Shown here: piece after piece, positions 56,744-64,000 of the stretch
Position numbering within the stretch: position 1 is the first letter of the stretch
Layout of the letters: each line of letters opens with the position of its first letter
Assembly: GCA_902559345.1 (NCBI GenBank)
Contig: CACEHH010000001.1
Coordinates: 34,730-98,729 of the forward strand
DNA from: an uncultured SAR86 cluster bacterium
GTDB taxonomy: Bacteria; Pseudomonadota; Gammaproteobacteria; Magnimaribacterales; D2472
Direction of reading: 5' to 3'
DNA length: 64,000 nucleotides
Translations under genes and position numbers: made by a program
The notes under the pieces: generated by a model
What the model saw: only the letters and a program-made list of their open reading frames with translations
Told to the model about the DNA's origin: nothing
The model's database searches: none

Positions 56744-57828
56744 ATGTTAAGACTGAATTAATAACTTTCAATACCGGAATGGCTCTCGAAAATGGGCATA
56801 AGTTAGATTCTTTTGAATTAATGGTAGAGAGCTATGGCAAACTTAATAAAACTAAAACAAATGCTATTTTAGTTTGTCATGCTTTTTCAGGAAATCATCA
56901 TGCTTCTGGAAAAAATAAAGTTAATGAAATTGGTTGGTGGGATGAAATTATTGGGCCAAATAAATCTATTGATACAAATAAATATTATGTAGTTTGTTGT
57001 AATAATCTTGGAGGCTGTTCTGGATCTTCAGGGCCAAAAAGTATAAATCCTTCTTCAAATAAACCCTATGGCAGCAATTTTCCCTTGGTAACTGTTTCTG
57101 ACTGGGTAAATTCTCAAAAAATGCTTATGGAAAAACTTGATATCCCATATTGGCATTTTGTTGTTGGAGGTAGTCTTGGTGGAATGCAGGCGCTTCAATG
57201 GTCTATTGCATATCCGGATAAAATTAAAAAAGCAGGCATATTTGCAGCAGCTGCGAAATCTAGTACTCAAAATATAGCAATGAATGAGGTCGCTAGAGAA
57301 TCAATTCGTAAAGATCATAATTTTCATGATGGTAATTATCTAGAACATGGTGTTATTCCTAAAAATGGTATCAAGACTGCAAGAATGCTTGGTCATATAA
57401 CATACTTATCAGAACAGCATATGAATCAAAGGTTTGGTAGAAAATTTCAAGATGATAGTTCAAAAGTGGGACTAGATGTAGATTTTGAAGTTGAGAATTA
57501 TCTTCAATACAAGGGTGAAAAATTCTCAGAAATCTTTGATGCTAATACATATATTTTAATGACAAAGGCAATGGATGGATACGATGCTGCATCTAAGTCA
57601 GATGACCTTTCTTCAGCTTTAAAGGGTGTGCTTGCTGAATTGCTTATTATAGGCTTTTACTCTGATTGGCTTTACCCCCCTGAAAGAGGTAAAGAAATAC
57701 AAATAGCAGCAATGAATAATAATATAAAGTCATCATATGTTGTTCTGAATGGTGAACATGGACATGATAGCTTTCTTTTTCATTCAGATAAGTATTCTCA
57801 AATAATAAGTAAATTTATAGAGTCTTAA
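56740..57828 (+). CDS. metX: Homoserine O-acyltransferase (MetX)
   Basis: It has CHAFSGNHH and the GGSLGGMQALQW nucleophile elbow. It is followed by metW. Confidence 0.9.
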   Translation: MNVKTELITFNTGMALENGHKLDSFELMVESYGKLNKTKTNAILVCHAFSGNHHASGKNKVNEIGWWDEIIGPNKSIDTNKYYVVCCNNLGGCSGSSGPKSINPSSNKPYGSNFPLVTVSDWVNSQKMLMEKLDIPYWHFVVGGSLGGMQALQWSIAYPDKIKKAGIFAAAAKSSTQNIAMNEVARESIRKDHNFHDGNYLEHGVIPKNGIKTARMLGHITYLSEQHMNQRFGRKFQDDSSKVGLDVDFEVENYLQYKGEKFSEIFDANTYILMTKAMDGYDAASKSDDLSSALKGVLAELLIIGFYSDWLYPPERGKEIQIAAMNNNIKSSYVVLNGEHGHDSFLFHSDKYSQIISKFIES

Positions 57829-58421
57829 TGAATAATAAACTTTCAAAAATAATAAATCCATGGGTACCAAAAGAGGGTAAGGTTATAGATTTTGGTTGTG
57901 GAGATGGTTCTTTATTGGAAGAATTAATGAAGACAAAGAATATTTTAGGTTATGGGGTAGAAATAAATGATAAAAAAATAGAGAGTTGTGTTTCAAAAGG
58001 CGTTCCAGTAATAAAACAAGATATTGATAAAGGTATAAATGAATTCAAGTCCTCAAATTTTGATATTTCAATCATGGCGAGATCTATTCAATGTTTAAAA
58101 GACCCAAGCCTTGCGCTAAATAGAATGCTAAAACTTTCTAAAAGATGCGTCGTTACCCTTCCCAATCTTGGGTACTGGAAATGTCGATTAAATTTAGCTT
58201 ATGGAAGAATGCCAGTAACTCCAGAACTCCCATCAAGCTGGCACGAAACTGATAATATACATCTATGTACTATTAATGATTTTGAAGACCTATGTAAAAA
58301 AGAAGGTATAAGAATAATGAATAAGGTATTTTTAGGATCAAATGGAGCTCAAAGCAATCTATCCTCATTAAGCCCGAATTTATTTGCTATTGAAGGAGTC
58401 TATTTACTTGAAAAGCAATAA
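57828..58421 (+). CDS. metW: Methionine biosynthesis protein MetW
   Basis: It has the SAM-methyltransferase-like motif VIDFGCGDG and PNLGYW. Confidence 0.88.
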   Translation: MNNKLSKIINPWVPKEGKVIDFGCGDGSLLEELMKTKNILGYGVEINDKKIESCVSKGVPVIKQDIDKGINEFKSSNFDISIMARSIQCLKDPSLALNRMLKLSKRCVVTLPNLGYWKCRLNLAYGRMPVTPELPSSWHETDNIHLCTINDFEDLCKKEGIRIMNKVFLGSNGAQSNLSSLSPNLFAIEGVYLLEKQ

Positions 58422-59001
58422 AGAAATTCTAATTGCGACCTCCAATGCTGGAAAGGTAAAAGAGTTTAATAAACTATTTAAAAATCATAAGTTATTTTCT
58501 TTAAAAGATCTTGATATTAAAGATCCTATAGAAGATGGCAATTCTTTTTTAGAAAATGCACTTATTAAAGCTAAACACGGGGCAATGATATCAAAAAAAT
58601 TTACAATTGCAGACGATTCTGGCTTGGTAATTCCTGAATTAAATTTTGAACCTGGTATTTACTCTGCAAGGTATGCTGGAGATGGTGCAACTGATAAAGA
58701 TAATAGAAACAAAGTAATAGAAAAACTTAATGATCTTAATGTAAAAGAGTTGAGTGCATATTATGTATGTGTATTAGTTGGAATGAGGAATTATCAAGAC
58801 CCTATGCCGATAATCACTCAGGGTAAAATCCAAGGCAAAGTTTCTATAAACAGCTCAGGTGATGGTGGATTTGGATATGATAAGATTTTTTATCCTTTAA
58901 GTTATGGTTGTTCTATGTCGTCATTAGATTCTGAAACCAAGAATAAAATTAGCCATAGAGGCATTGCGTCTGAAGAGTTCATAAAAATTTATAACTCTTA
59001 G
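58384..59001 (+). CDS. rdgB: dITP/XTP pyrophosphatase
   Basis: It has ILIATSNAGKVKEF, FGYDKIF and ISHRG. The true start is probably downstream of the listed ATG (a TTG near 58408). Confidence 0.88.
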   Translation: MLLKESIYLKSNKEILIATSNAGKVKEFNKLFKNHKLFSLKDLDIKDPIEDGNSFLENALIKAKHGAMISKKFTIADDSGLVIPELNFEPGIYSARYAGDGATDKDNRNKVIEKLNDLNVKELSAYYVCVLVGMRNYQDPMPIITQGKIQGKVSINSSGDGGFGYDKIFYPLSYGCSMSSLDSETKNKISHRGIASEEFIKIYNS

Positions 59002-59648
59002 TCTTCTTTATTAAAATTAAATTCAAAAACCCTTCTACCCTCATTCACACCTCTCTGCTCAAACTTGGTGAGATGATTTTTTTTAGTAAAAAAAATATTT
59101 GATTTATTAAAAAGCCCAGTCTTATTTATTTCTTTTTTAATATGGTCTGCATAATTTTCCCAATCTGTAGAGATATATAAATTTGCTTTAGATTTCATTG
59201 ATTTATGAAGCAGTTCTAAAAAACTTTTATTAATTAGTCTTCTTTTATGATGCCTTTCCTTTGGCCACGGATCAGGGCATATAATTTTTACCGCATCAAA
59301 AACTTCCATATTTTCATTTTTATCTAATAGAATTCTAATATCATCTGGAAAAATTTTTATATTCATAATATTGTTATCTTTAATCAATCCTATTAATGTT
59401 CCAATTCCTGATAAATAAACTTCAGAGCCTAAAAATAAAATATCTGGATTCTCTTTTGCTTGAAGGTAGATATGCTCAGCATTACCAAAGCCTATCTCGA
59501 GGCAGCAGCTGGAATAGTCTAGTGCTATTTCATTGATCTCACAAATGTCTTTAATAGAATAATCTGATAAAAACTTTAGGTTATCTTCTTGGTTTTTAGT
59601 GATGCGACCTCTTCTTTTTACAAAAGAAGGTAAAAATTTTAAGCGCAT
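58998..59648 (-). CDS. trmB: tRNA (guanine46-N7)-methyltransferase
   Basis: It has LEIGFGNAE and CPDPWPKERHHKRRL. Confidence 0.9.
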   Translation of the reverse strand: MRLKFLPSFVKRRGRITKNQEDNLKFLSDYSIKDICEINEIALDYSSCCLEIGFGNAEHIYLQAKENPDILFLGSEVYLSGIGTLIGLIKDNNIMNIKIFPDDIRILLDKNENMEVFDAVKIICPDPWPKERHHKRRLINKSFLELLHKSMKSKANLYISTDWENYADHIKKEINKTGLFNKSNIFFTKKNHLTKFEQRGVNEGRRVFEFNFNKED

Positions 59649-59659
59649 TTAAAAGACTT

Positions 59660-60526
59660 TTAATTAAAGTCTATGTCTGCCATAACAGATTTAAGTTTTT
59701 TAAGAGCGGTATTTTCAATCTGCCTAATCCTTTCTGCTGAAACATTATATTCATCAGCAAGGTCGTGAAGGGTTGCCTTCTCATCCGCGAGATATCTTCT
59801 TTGTAGAATATCTTTACTTCTATCATCAAGAATCTTTAAGGCATGAGCTAAATCCTCACTGTTTACTTGATTTGATTGGTCCTTTGCAACTATGACCTCT
59901 GGATCATATCTTTTATCTTCTAAATATTGAGAAGGAGACATCATTTCTTCATCATCACCCGTTAAAACAGGCGAATCAAATGATGAGTCATTTGAAGAAA
60001 GTCTATTTTCCATATGAAGCACATCTTTAACTTCAACATTTAAATCTTTCGCAATTTTTTCAGCTTCATCTTTTGTAAGCCAGTCTAAAGATTTCTTTTT
60101 ACTTCTTAAGTTAAAAAATAATTTCCTTTGAGCTTTTGTTGTGGCTATTTTTACTTGTCGCCAATTTCTTAAAATATATTCATGAATTTCTGCTTTAATC
60201 CAATGTACTGCAAAAGAAACTAGCTTTACGCCTCTGTGTGGATCATATTTATCAACCGCTTTCATCAAGCCGACATTACCCTCTTGAATGATATCACCCA
60301 AAGGCAATCCATAACCTTGATAGGACCTAGCTATATGAACAACAAATCTAAGGTGATGAATAACTAATTGTCTTGCAGCATCAAGATCATCTTCTTCATA
60401 AAGCTTTAGAGCCAACTCTTGTTCCTGCTCTTTAGTTAAAATAGGAATAGCATGAACAGATGAAAGATATGATTCTATATCTTTTCCAGGACTATTAAGT
60501 TGCGATGGTTGTAATTGTGTGCCCAT
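59660..60526 (-). CDS. rpoH: RNA polymerase sigma-32 factor
   Basis: It has region 2 (IQEGNVGLMKAVDKYD) and the RpoH box QRKLFFNLR. Confidence 0.95.
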   Translation of the reverse strand: MGTQLQPSQLNSPGKDIESYLSSVHAIPILTKEQEQELALKLYEEDDLDAARQLVIHHLRFVVHIARSYQGYGLPLGDIIQEGNVGLMKAVDKYDPHRGVKLVSFAVHWIKAEIHEYILRNWRQVKIATTKAQRKLFFNLRSKKKSLDWLTKDEAEKIAKDLNVEVKDVLHMENRLSSNDSSFDSPVLTGDDEEMMSPSQYLEDKRYDPEVIVAKDQSNQVNSEDLAHALKILDDRSKDILQRRYLADEKATLHDLADEYNVSAERIRQIENTALKKLKSVMADIDFN

Positions 60527-60580
60527 GTTATATAAAAAAATTATAATTAATTATACTAATTAATTATTATTAATTGAAAA

Positions 60581-61396
60581 TTATACCAATTTTTTAAAAA
60601 AATCTCTTAGAACAGGTAAAAATTCACTTTTTAATGAATTATTTCTAAATGCAATAAAATATGGATTAAGTATTGAGGACTCTTTTGCATAATTTAATTC
60701 TTTATTATCTTTAATCTTTACCACGCTTCCTCCATGGCTTGATAAGACTGCATGCGCTGCTGCTATATCCCATTCAGACGTAGGCCCAAACCTTGGATAA
60801 ATATCTGCATCATTGTCAGCCAAACTGCAGAGTTTCAACGAACTCCCCTTTTCTATAACCTCATATGTATATCCTTTAGTATTAAGGAATTCAAGAAAAG
60901 CTTTATCATTCTCACTTTTATGGCTTTTACTCATAACTATCCTAATTTTTCCAATAGCACTTTTTTCATCATAATTATTACTATCAAAAACTGACCCAAA
61001 CCAAATTTTGCCTGATACCGGAGCAGCAACAATTCCAAAAACTACTTTTTTATTATCTATTAAGGCTATATTCACAGTAAATTCATCCGTCTTATTAATA
61101 AATTCTTTTGTTCCATCTAAGGGATCAACTAGCCAATATGTCTCACTTAAACTTTTTAAAGATTCTTCGTTAAAAGTTTCCTCTGAAATTATTGGAATAT
61201 CTGCAGATATTTTGTTTAGGGCGCTCAAGATTACTTCATTTGATTTTGTGTCTGCTAAAGTAAGTGGAGAGCCATCTAATTTTTCTTCATGACCAAATTC
61301 ATCACTTTTATAAATTTCTATAATTTCATCTGAAGCATTTTTTACACAATCTTCTAAAATTTTTAAATGCTCATTAATAAAAGTCTTATCAATCAT
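60581..61396 (-). CDS. cysQ: 3'(2'),5'-bisphosphate nucleotidase
   Basis: It has WLVDPLDGTKEF and SEWDIAAAHAVL. Confidence 0.85.
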   Translation of the reverse strand: MIDKTFINEHLKILEDCVKNASDEIIEIYKSDEFGHEEKLDGSPLTLADTKSNEVILSALNKISADIPIISEETFNEESLKSLSETYWLVDPLDGTKEFINKTDEFTVNIALIDNKKVVFGIVAAPVSGKIWFGSVFDSNNYDEKSAIGKIRIVMSKSHKSENDKAFLEFLNTKGYTYEVIEKGSSLKLCSLADNDADIYPRFGPTSEWDIAAAHAVLSSHGGSVVKIKDNKELNYAKESSILNPYFIAFRNNSLKSEFLPVLRDFFKKLV

Positions 61397-61401
61397 GATT
61401 C

Positions 61402-62532
61402 TTATAAATCACAAACCTCATTGTTTAGATTTTTAAAATCTAATGCATCAAGCATTTTATAATGAAGATCGGTATTATCCATCATGCCATTAAACAACTC
61501 GGAGCCAGGCCCATATGCAAAAACGCCAACAGGAATAGAGGTATGACTGCCTGTTCCCCATTGAATCGTTACAGAGCCTTCCTTTTGTTTTAAAATCTGA
61601 AGGCCTCCAGTTTCATGGTCGGCTGTTACTATCAATAAAGTTTCTTTATTCTTTGTAACAAAATTGATTAAGTCTTTTATTGTTAAATCAAAGTCTCTGA
61701 ACTCTGTAATCATTTCGTTTGCATTATTATCATGTGCAGCCCAGTCTATTTGACTCGCCTCAGTCATAAGAAAAAAACCATTACATTTATCTTTACTTAA
61801 ATGTTTTAGGGCAAAGTCTGTCATCTCTCTTTGTGTAGGCTGGTTTGATCCTCTTTCAATACCATCGTCATCAAATAACCCAATTATTTTTTTTTGATTA
61901 TCATAGGTATCATTTAAGGATGCTTTATCCAATAAAACATAGTGAGTATTTTTAACGCTTTCAATATCAAAAAACTTCAACCCGCCTCCTAAAGCAATAT
62001 CAATTGAAGAATTAACTAATTGATCTGCTATTTCATCATATTTATATCTTGAGTCGATATGAGCATAAAGGGCTGCTGGAGTTGCGTGAACCACAGAAGA
62101 TGTTGCCACTAGAGCGTTTTGGTAACCCTTTTTATGCAACATCTCAGTAATTGTTTTTAATTCTTGCTTATCTATATCTAATGCTAGATATCTATTTTTT
62201 GTTTTATGGCCAGTTGACCATGCAGTTGCTGAGGCTGCCGAGTCGGTATATACATTATCATATGAGTGAGTTGATGAAACACCAAGATTTGGAATCTGAT
62301 CTATTGCAAGCCTATAATCTAAACCACCAATTGCGATTCTTGATAGCATGATTTGGTTAAACCCATTACCGTCGCCAACTGCCAGAATAATATTCTTAGC
62401 TTTTAAGCCATGCGGAAAATTTTCTATATTTAAATATTCTGTTTCTTTAGAACCTATTTCAATCGATTCGGTATCTGAGGAATCACATGCCGTAATAATT
62501 AATAATAGTAAAAGTGATATTTTTTTCATCAA
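61402..62532 (-). CDS. Alkaline phosphatase (PhoA family, short, lipoprotein)
   Basis: It has the lipobox IITAC, VGDGNG, and the active site TDSAASATAWSTG. Confidence 0.85.
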   Translation of the reverse strand: MMKKISLLLLLIITACDSSDTESIEIGSKETEYLNIENFPHGLKAKNIILAVGDGNGFNQIMLSRIAIGGLDYRLAIDQIPNLGVSSTHSYDNVYTDSAASATAWSTGHKTKNRYLALDIDKQELKTITEMLHKKGYQNALVATSSVVHATPAALYAHIDSRYKYDEIADQLVNSSIDIALGGGLKFFDIESVKNTHYVLLDKASLNDTYDNQKKIIGLFDDDGIERGSNQPTQREMTDFALKHLSKDKCNGFFLMTEASQIDWAAHDNNANEMITEFRDFDLTIKDLINFVTKNKETLLIVTADHETGGLQILKQKEGSVTIQWGTGSHTSIPVGVFAYGPGSELFNGMMDNTDLHYKMLDALDFKNLNNEVCDL

Positions 62533-62538
62533 GAAAAT

Positions 62539-63363
62539 CTATGGTTTTAAAGTATTTTTTCTGATTTCCGTTGCCATTTCTTCAGACGAGGGCATATCTT
62601 CATAAATTGAAAGCTCCCATCTACCATATGTTGGGTTGGTTATCATAAACCACTTTGTTCCCCACATATCTGAGTACTTAGCTGCAAGTTTTTTTCTATC
62701 AGTATGGAAAACATAGGCTTCTTTTGTAGAAATAAAGTCCGTTAACTGATCTCCAATAATCAAAATGATCCGGTTTTTATCTGCAATTAGCTTTCTCCTC
62801 TCTGTCTTATCACGAGAATTTTCTTCTTTTCTCATTAGAAGCATGTCATCATTTTTAAAAGGAAGTCCCAAATTGATTAAATTTTTCTTTGTTGCATCTC
62901 TGAAAGATTCAAGTCTATTTGTAAGATAGAAAATTTCTACTCCATTATCTTCTGCAAAATTGAGAAAATCATATACGCCTTCAACTGCATCTGCATTTGA
63001 TTCATTTACCCAATCTGACCATCCGTTTGGATATGAAAGTCCAGTGAGTATAGTTCTTGATTGAAAAGGTGAGTTATCTAAAACAGTTTCATCTACATCA
63101 ATTATTATTGCAGGCGGCTTGTCTTTAAAGTTATCTTTTTGTTCAAGAGCAGCAGTCCATGAGCTATCTTGCAAAGCCATCTCAAGCACTTTAGTTGCAT
63201 TAGTAAAAGTTTGTATGTTATTTGCAGCAAACTCGGTTGAGGTTTGAACATAAAGCACAGACAGCATTGATTGTTCTTGAAAGGATTTATCTTCTTCAGA
63301 AGAAAAGGAGTAACTGCTGCTTACAGTAATAATTATTAAAAAAATATGACTTAGTGATTTCAT
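62539..63363 (-). CDS. Class B/C acid phosphatase, 5'-nucleotidase e(P4)-like HAD protein
   Basis: It has a signal peptide, the DVDETVLDN (DDDD-superfamily) motif, and IGDQLTDF. Confidence 0.78.
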   Translation of the reverse strand: MKSLSHIFLIIITVSSSYSFSSEEDKSFQEQSMLSVLYVQTSTEFAANNIQTFTNATKVLEMALQDSSWTAALEQKDNFKDKPPAIIIDVDETVLDNSPFQSRTILTGLSYPNGWSDWVNESNADAVEGVYDFLNFAEDNGVEIFYLTNRLESFRDATKKNLINLGLPFKNDDMLLMRKEENSRDKTERRKLIADKNRIILIIGDQLTDFISTKEAYVFHTDRKKLAAKYSDMWGTKWFMITNPTYGRWELSIYEDMPSSEEMATEIRKNTLKP

Positions 63364-63418
63364 AGCTCAAGAGCATTATAATGCTTATTCGTTACAATTT
63401 AGATAGAAAATTATATTT

Positions 63419-63580
63419 ATGGAAAATAAGATATTAGAAAATTTAAAGCAGCTAGAAAAAATGTTGATTCTTTTAAGCGAGGATAGAAAGGTTGTTCTTT
63501 CTCACCATAAAACTTTTGAACATGTTGAGAAAATGCGAACAATCGTTAATGAATCAATTGAAATGGCAAATAAATCATGA
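63419..63580 (+). CDS. Possible 53-aa helical protein (not in ORF track)
   Basis: ATG at 63419 to TGA at 63578-80, translating to MENKILENLKQLEKML...IEMANKS. ATGA overlap with the following crotonase gene. No Shine-Dalgarno was checked and there is no family match. Confidence 0.3.
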   Translation: MENKILENLKQLEKMLILLSEDRKVVLSHHKTFEHVEKMRTIVNESIEMANKS

Positions 63581-64000
63581 GTAAGAAACAGTATAAATGC
63601 TTTAAAGTTGATGTTGAAAATCACATAGCAAATCTTGTTTTATCCAGGCCTGACGAGCTAAACACTATGTCTAGGGATTTTTGGGTTGAGCTTGGAGATG
63701 TTTTAAAAGAAATAAATAGAGACTCGGATGTAAGAGTCGTTGTTATGTCATCAACAGGTAAACATTTTTGTGCTGGCATGGATTTAAATGCTTTCTCTAA
63801 TGGAGTTGATAATATTCCTGATGATAAGAAGCCTGATCATGCTCGAATTGGTGAAGCTGTATACAGAGTTGCTAAAGAACTTCAGGAATATATTAGTACT
63901 TTAGAAAAAATAAGAGCGCCTGTAATTGCTGCAATTCATGGTGGATGCATTGGTGGCGCTGTTGATCTTGTTACTGCATGTGATATTAGATTGGCATCTG
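63577..64000 (+). CDS. Enoyl-CoA hydratase/isomerase family protein, ECH1 (dienoyl-CoA isomerase)-like; 3' end beyond the window
   Basis: Manual translation gives MSKKQYKCFKVDVENHIANLVLSRPDELN...HFCAGMDL...APVIAAIHGGCIGGAVDLVTACDIR. This is the crotonase-fold signature. The frame is open to the window edge. Confidence 0.75.
   Translation, partial: MSKKQYKCFKVDVENHIANLVLSRPDELNTMSRDFWVELGDVLKEINRDSDVRVVVMSSTGKHFCAGMDLNAFSNGVDNIPDDKKPDHARIGEAVYRVAKELQEYISTLEKIRAPVIAAIHGGCIGGAVDLVTACDIRLAS

Noticed and set aside
1-64000. Searched for CRISPR arrays, IS elements or transposases, integrases, reverse transcriptases, restriction-modification genes, toxin-antitoxin pairs and other defence genes, rRNA and large ncRNAs
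   Set aside because: No spaced direct-repeat arrays are present, and no ORF carries recombinase, RT, nuclease-helicase or methyltransferase defence signatures. The largest non-coding gaps are about 150 bp, too small for rRNA, tmRNA or RNase P RNA.

Overview
AT-rich window (roughly 30% G+C by eye, not computed) with very dense coding. I can support about 85 CDS and one tRNA. I found no rRNA, CRISPR array, IS element, transposase, integrase, reverse transcriptase or recognisable defence gene. Gene order matches gammaproteobacterial housekeeping synteny: tsaD|rpsU, rph-pyrE, rpoZ-spoT-ridA, gmk, yicC, ubiCA, yqiBA, ntrBC, mutY-yggX, lgt-thyA-folA, efp, argS, yggS-proC-yggT-metXW-rdgB, trmB, rpoH, cysQ. 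The compaction suggests a streamlined marine gammaproteobacterium, but that is inference only. All product calls come from motifs read in the supplied translations; no homology search was possible.

The least ordinary locus is 28.3-31.5 kb:
- tRNA-Phe is followed by a 0.7-kb insert closed by an exact 46-bp copy of the tRNA 3' part. The insert has no integrase, one orphan secreted ORF and a TAACACAC motif array.
- Directly abutting it is a tight five-gene operon: outer-membrane barrel, His-rich HMA protein, MerT-like protein, CsoR/RcnR-family repressor, PepSY-TM protein.
- A CsoR/RcnR-type G-tract palindrome lies across the operon's first start codon. This is my best candidate for an undescribed trace-metal system.

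Other notable points:
- An unlisted 57-aa rubredoxin gene is translationally coupled to a DAACS transporter.
- A type II glutamine synthetase sits where glnA normally precedes ntrBC.
- A dPGM-type mutase sits next to a YibN-like rhodanese.
- A 37-bp palindrome covers the start codon of a small membrane-protein gene.
- A six-gene TtpB-TtpC-ExbB-ExbD-TonB-TtpD cluster is present.
- Eight of nine convergent gene junctions overlap physically, four of them on a 4-nt TTAA or TTAG.

I see no evidence for a phage-defence or secretion system here.
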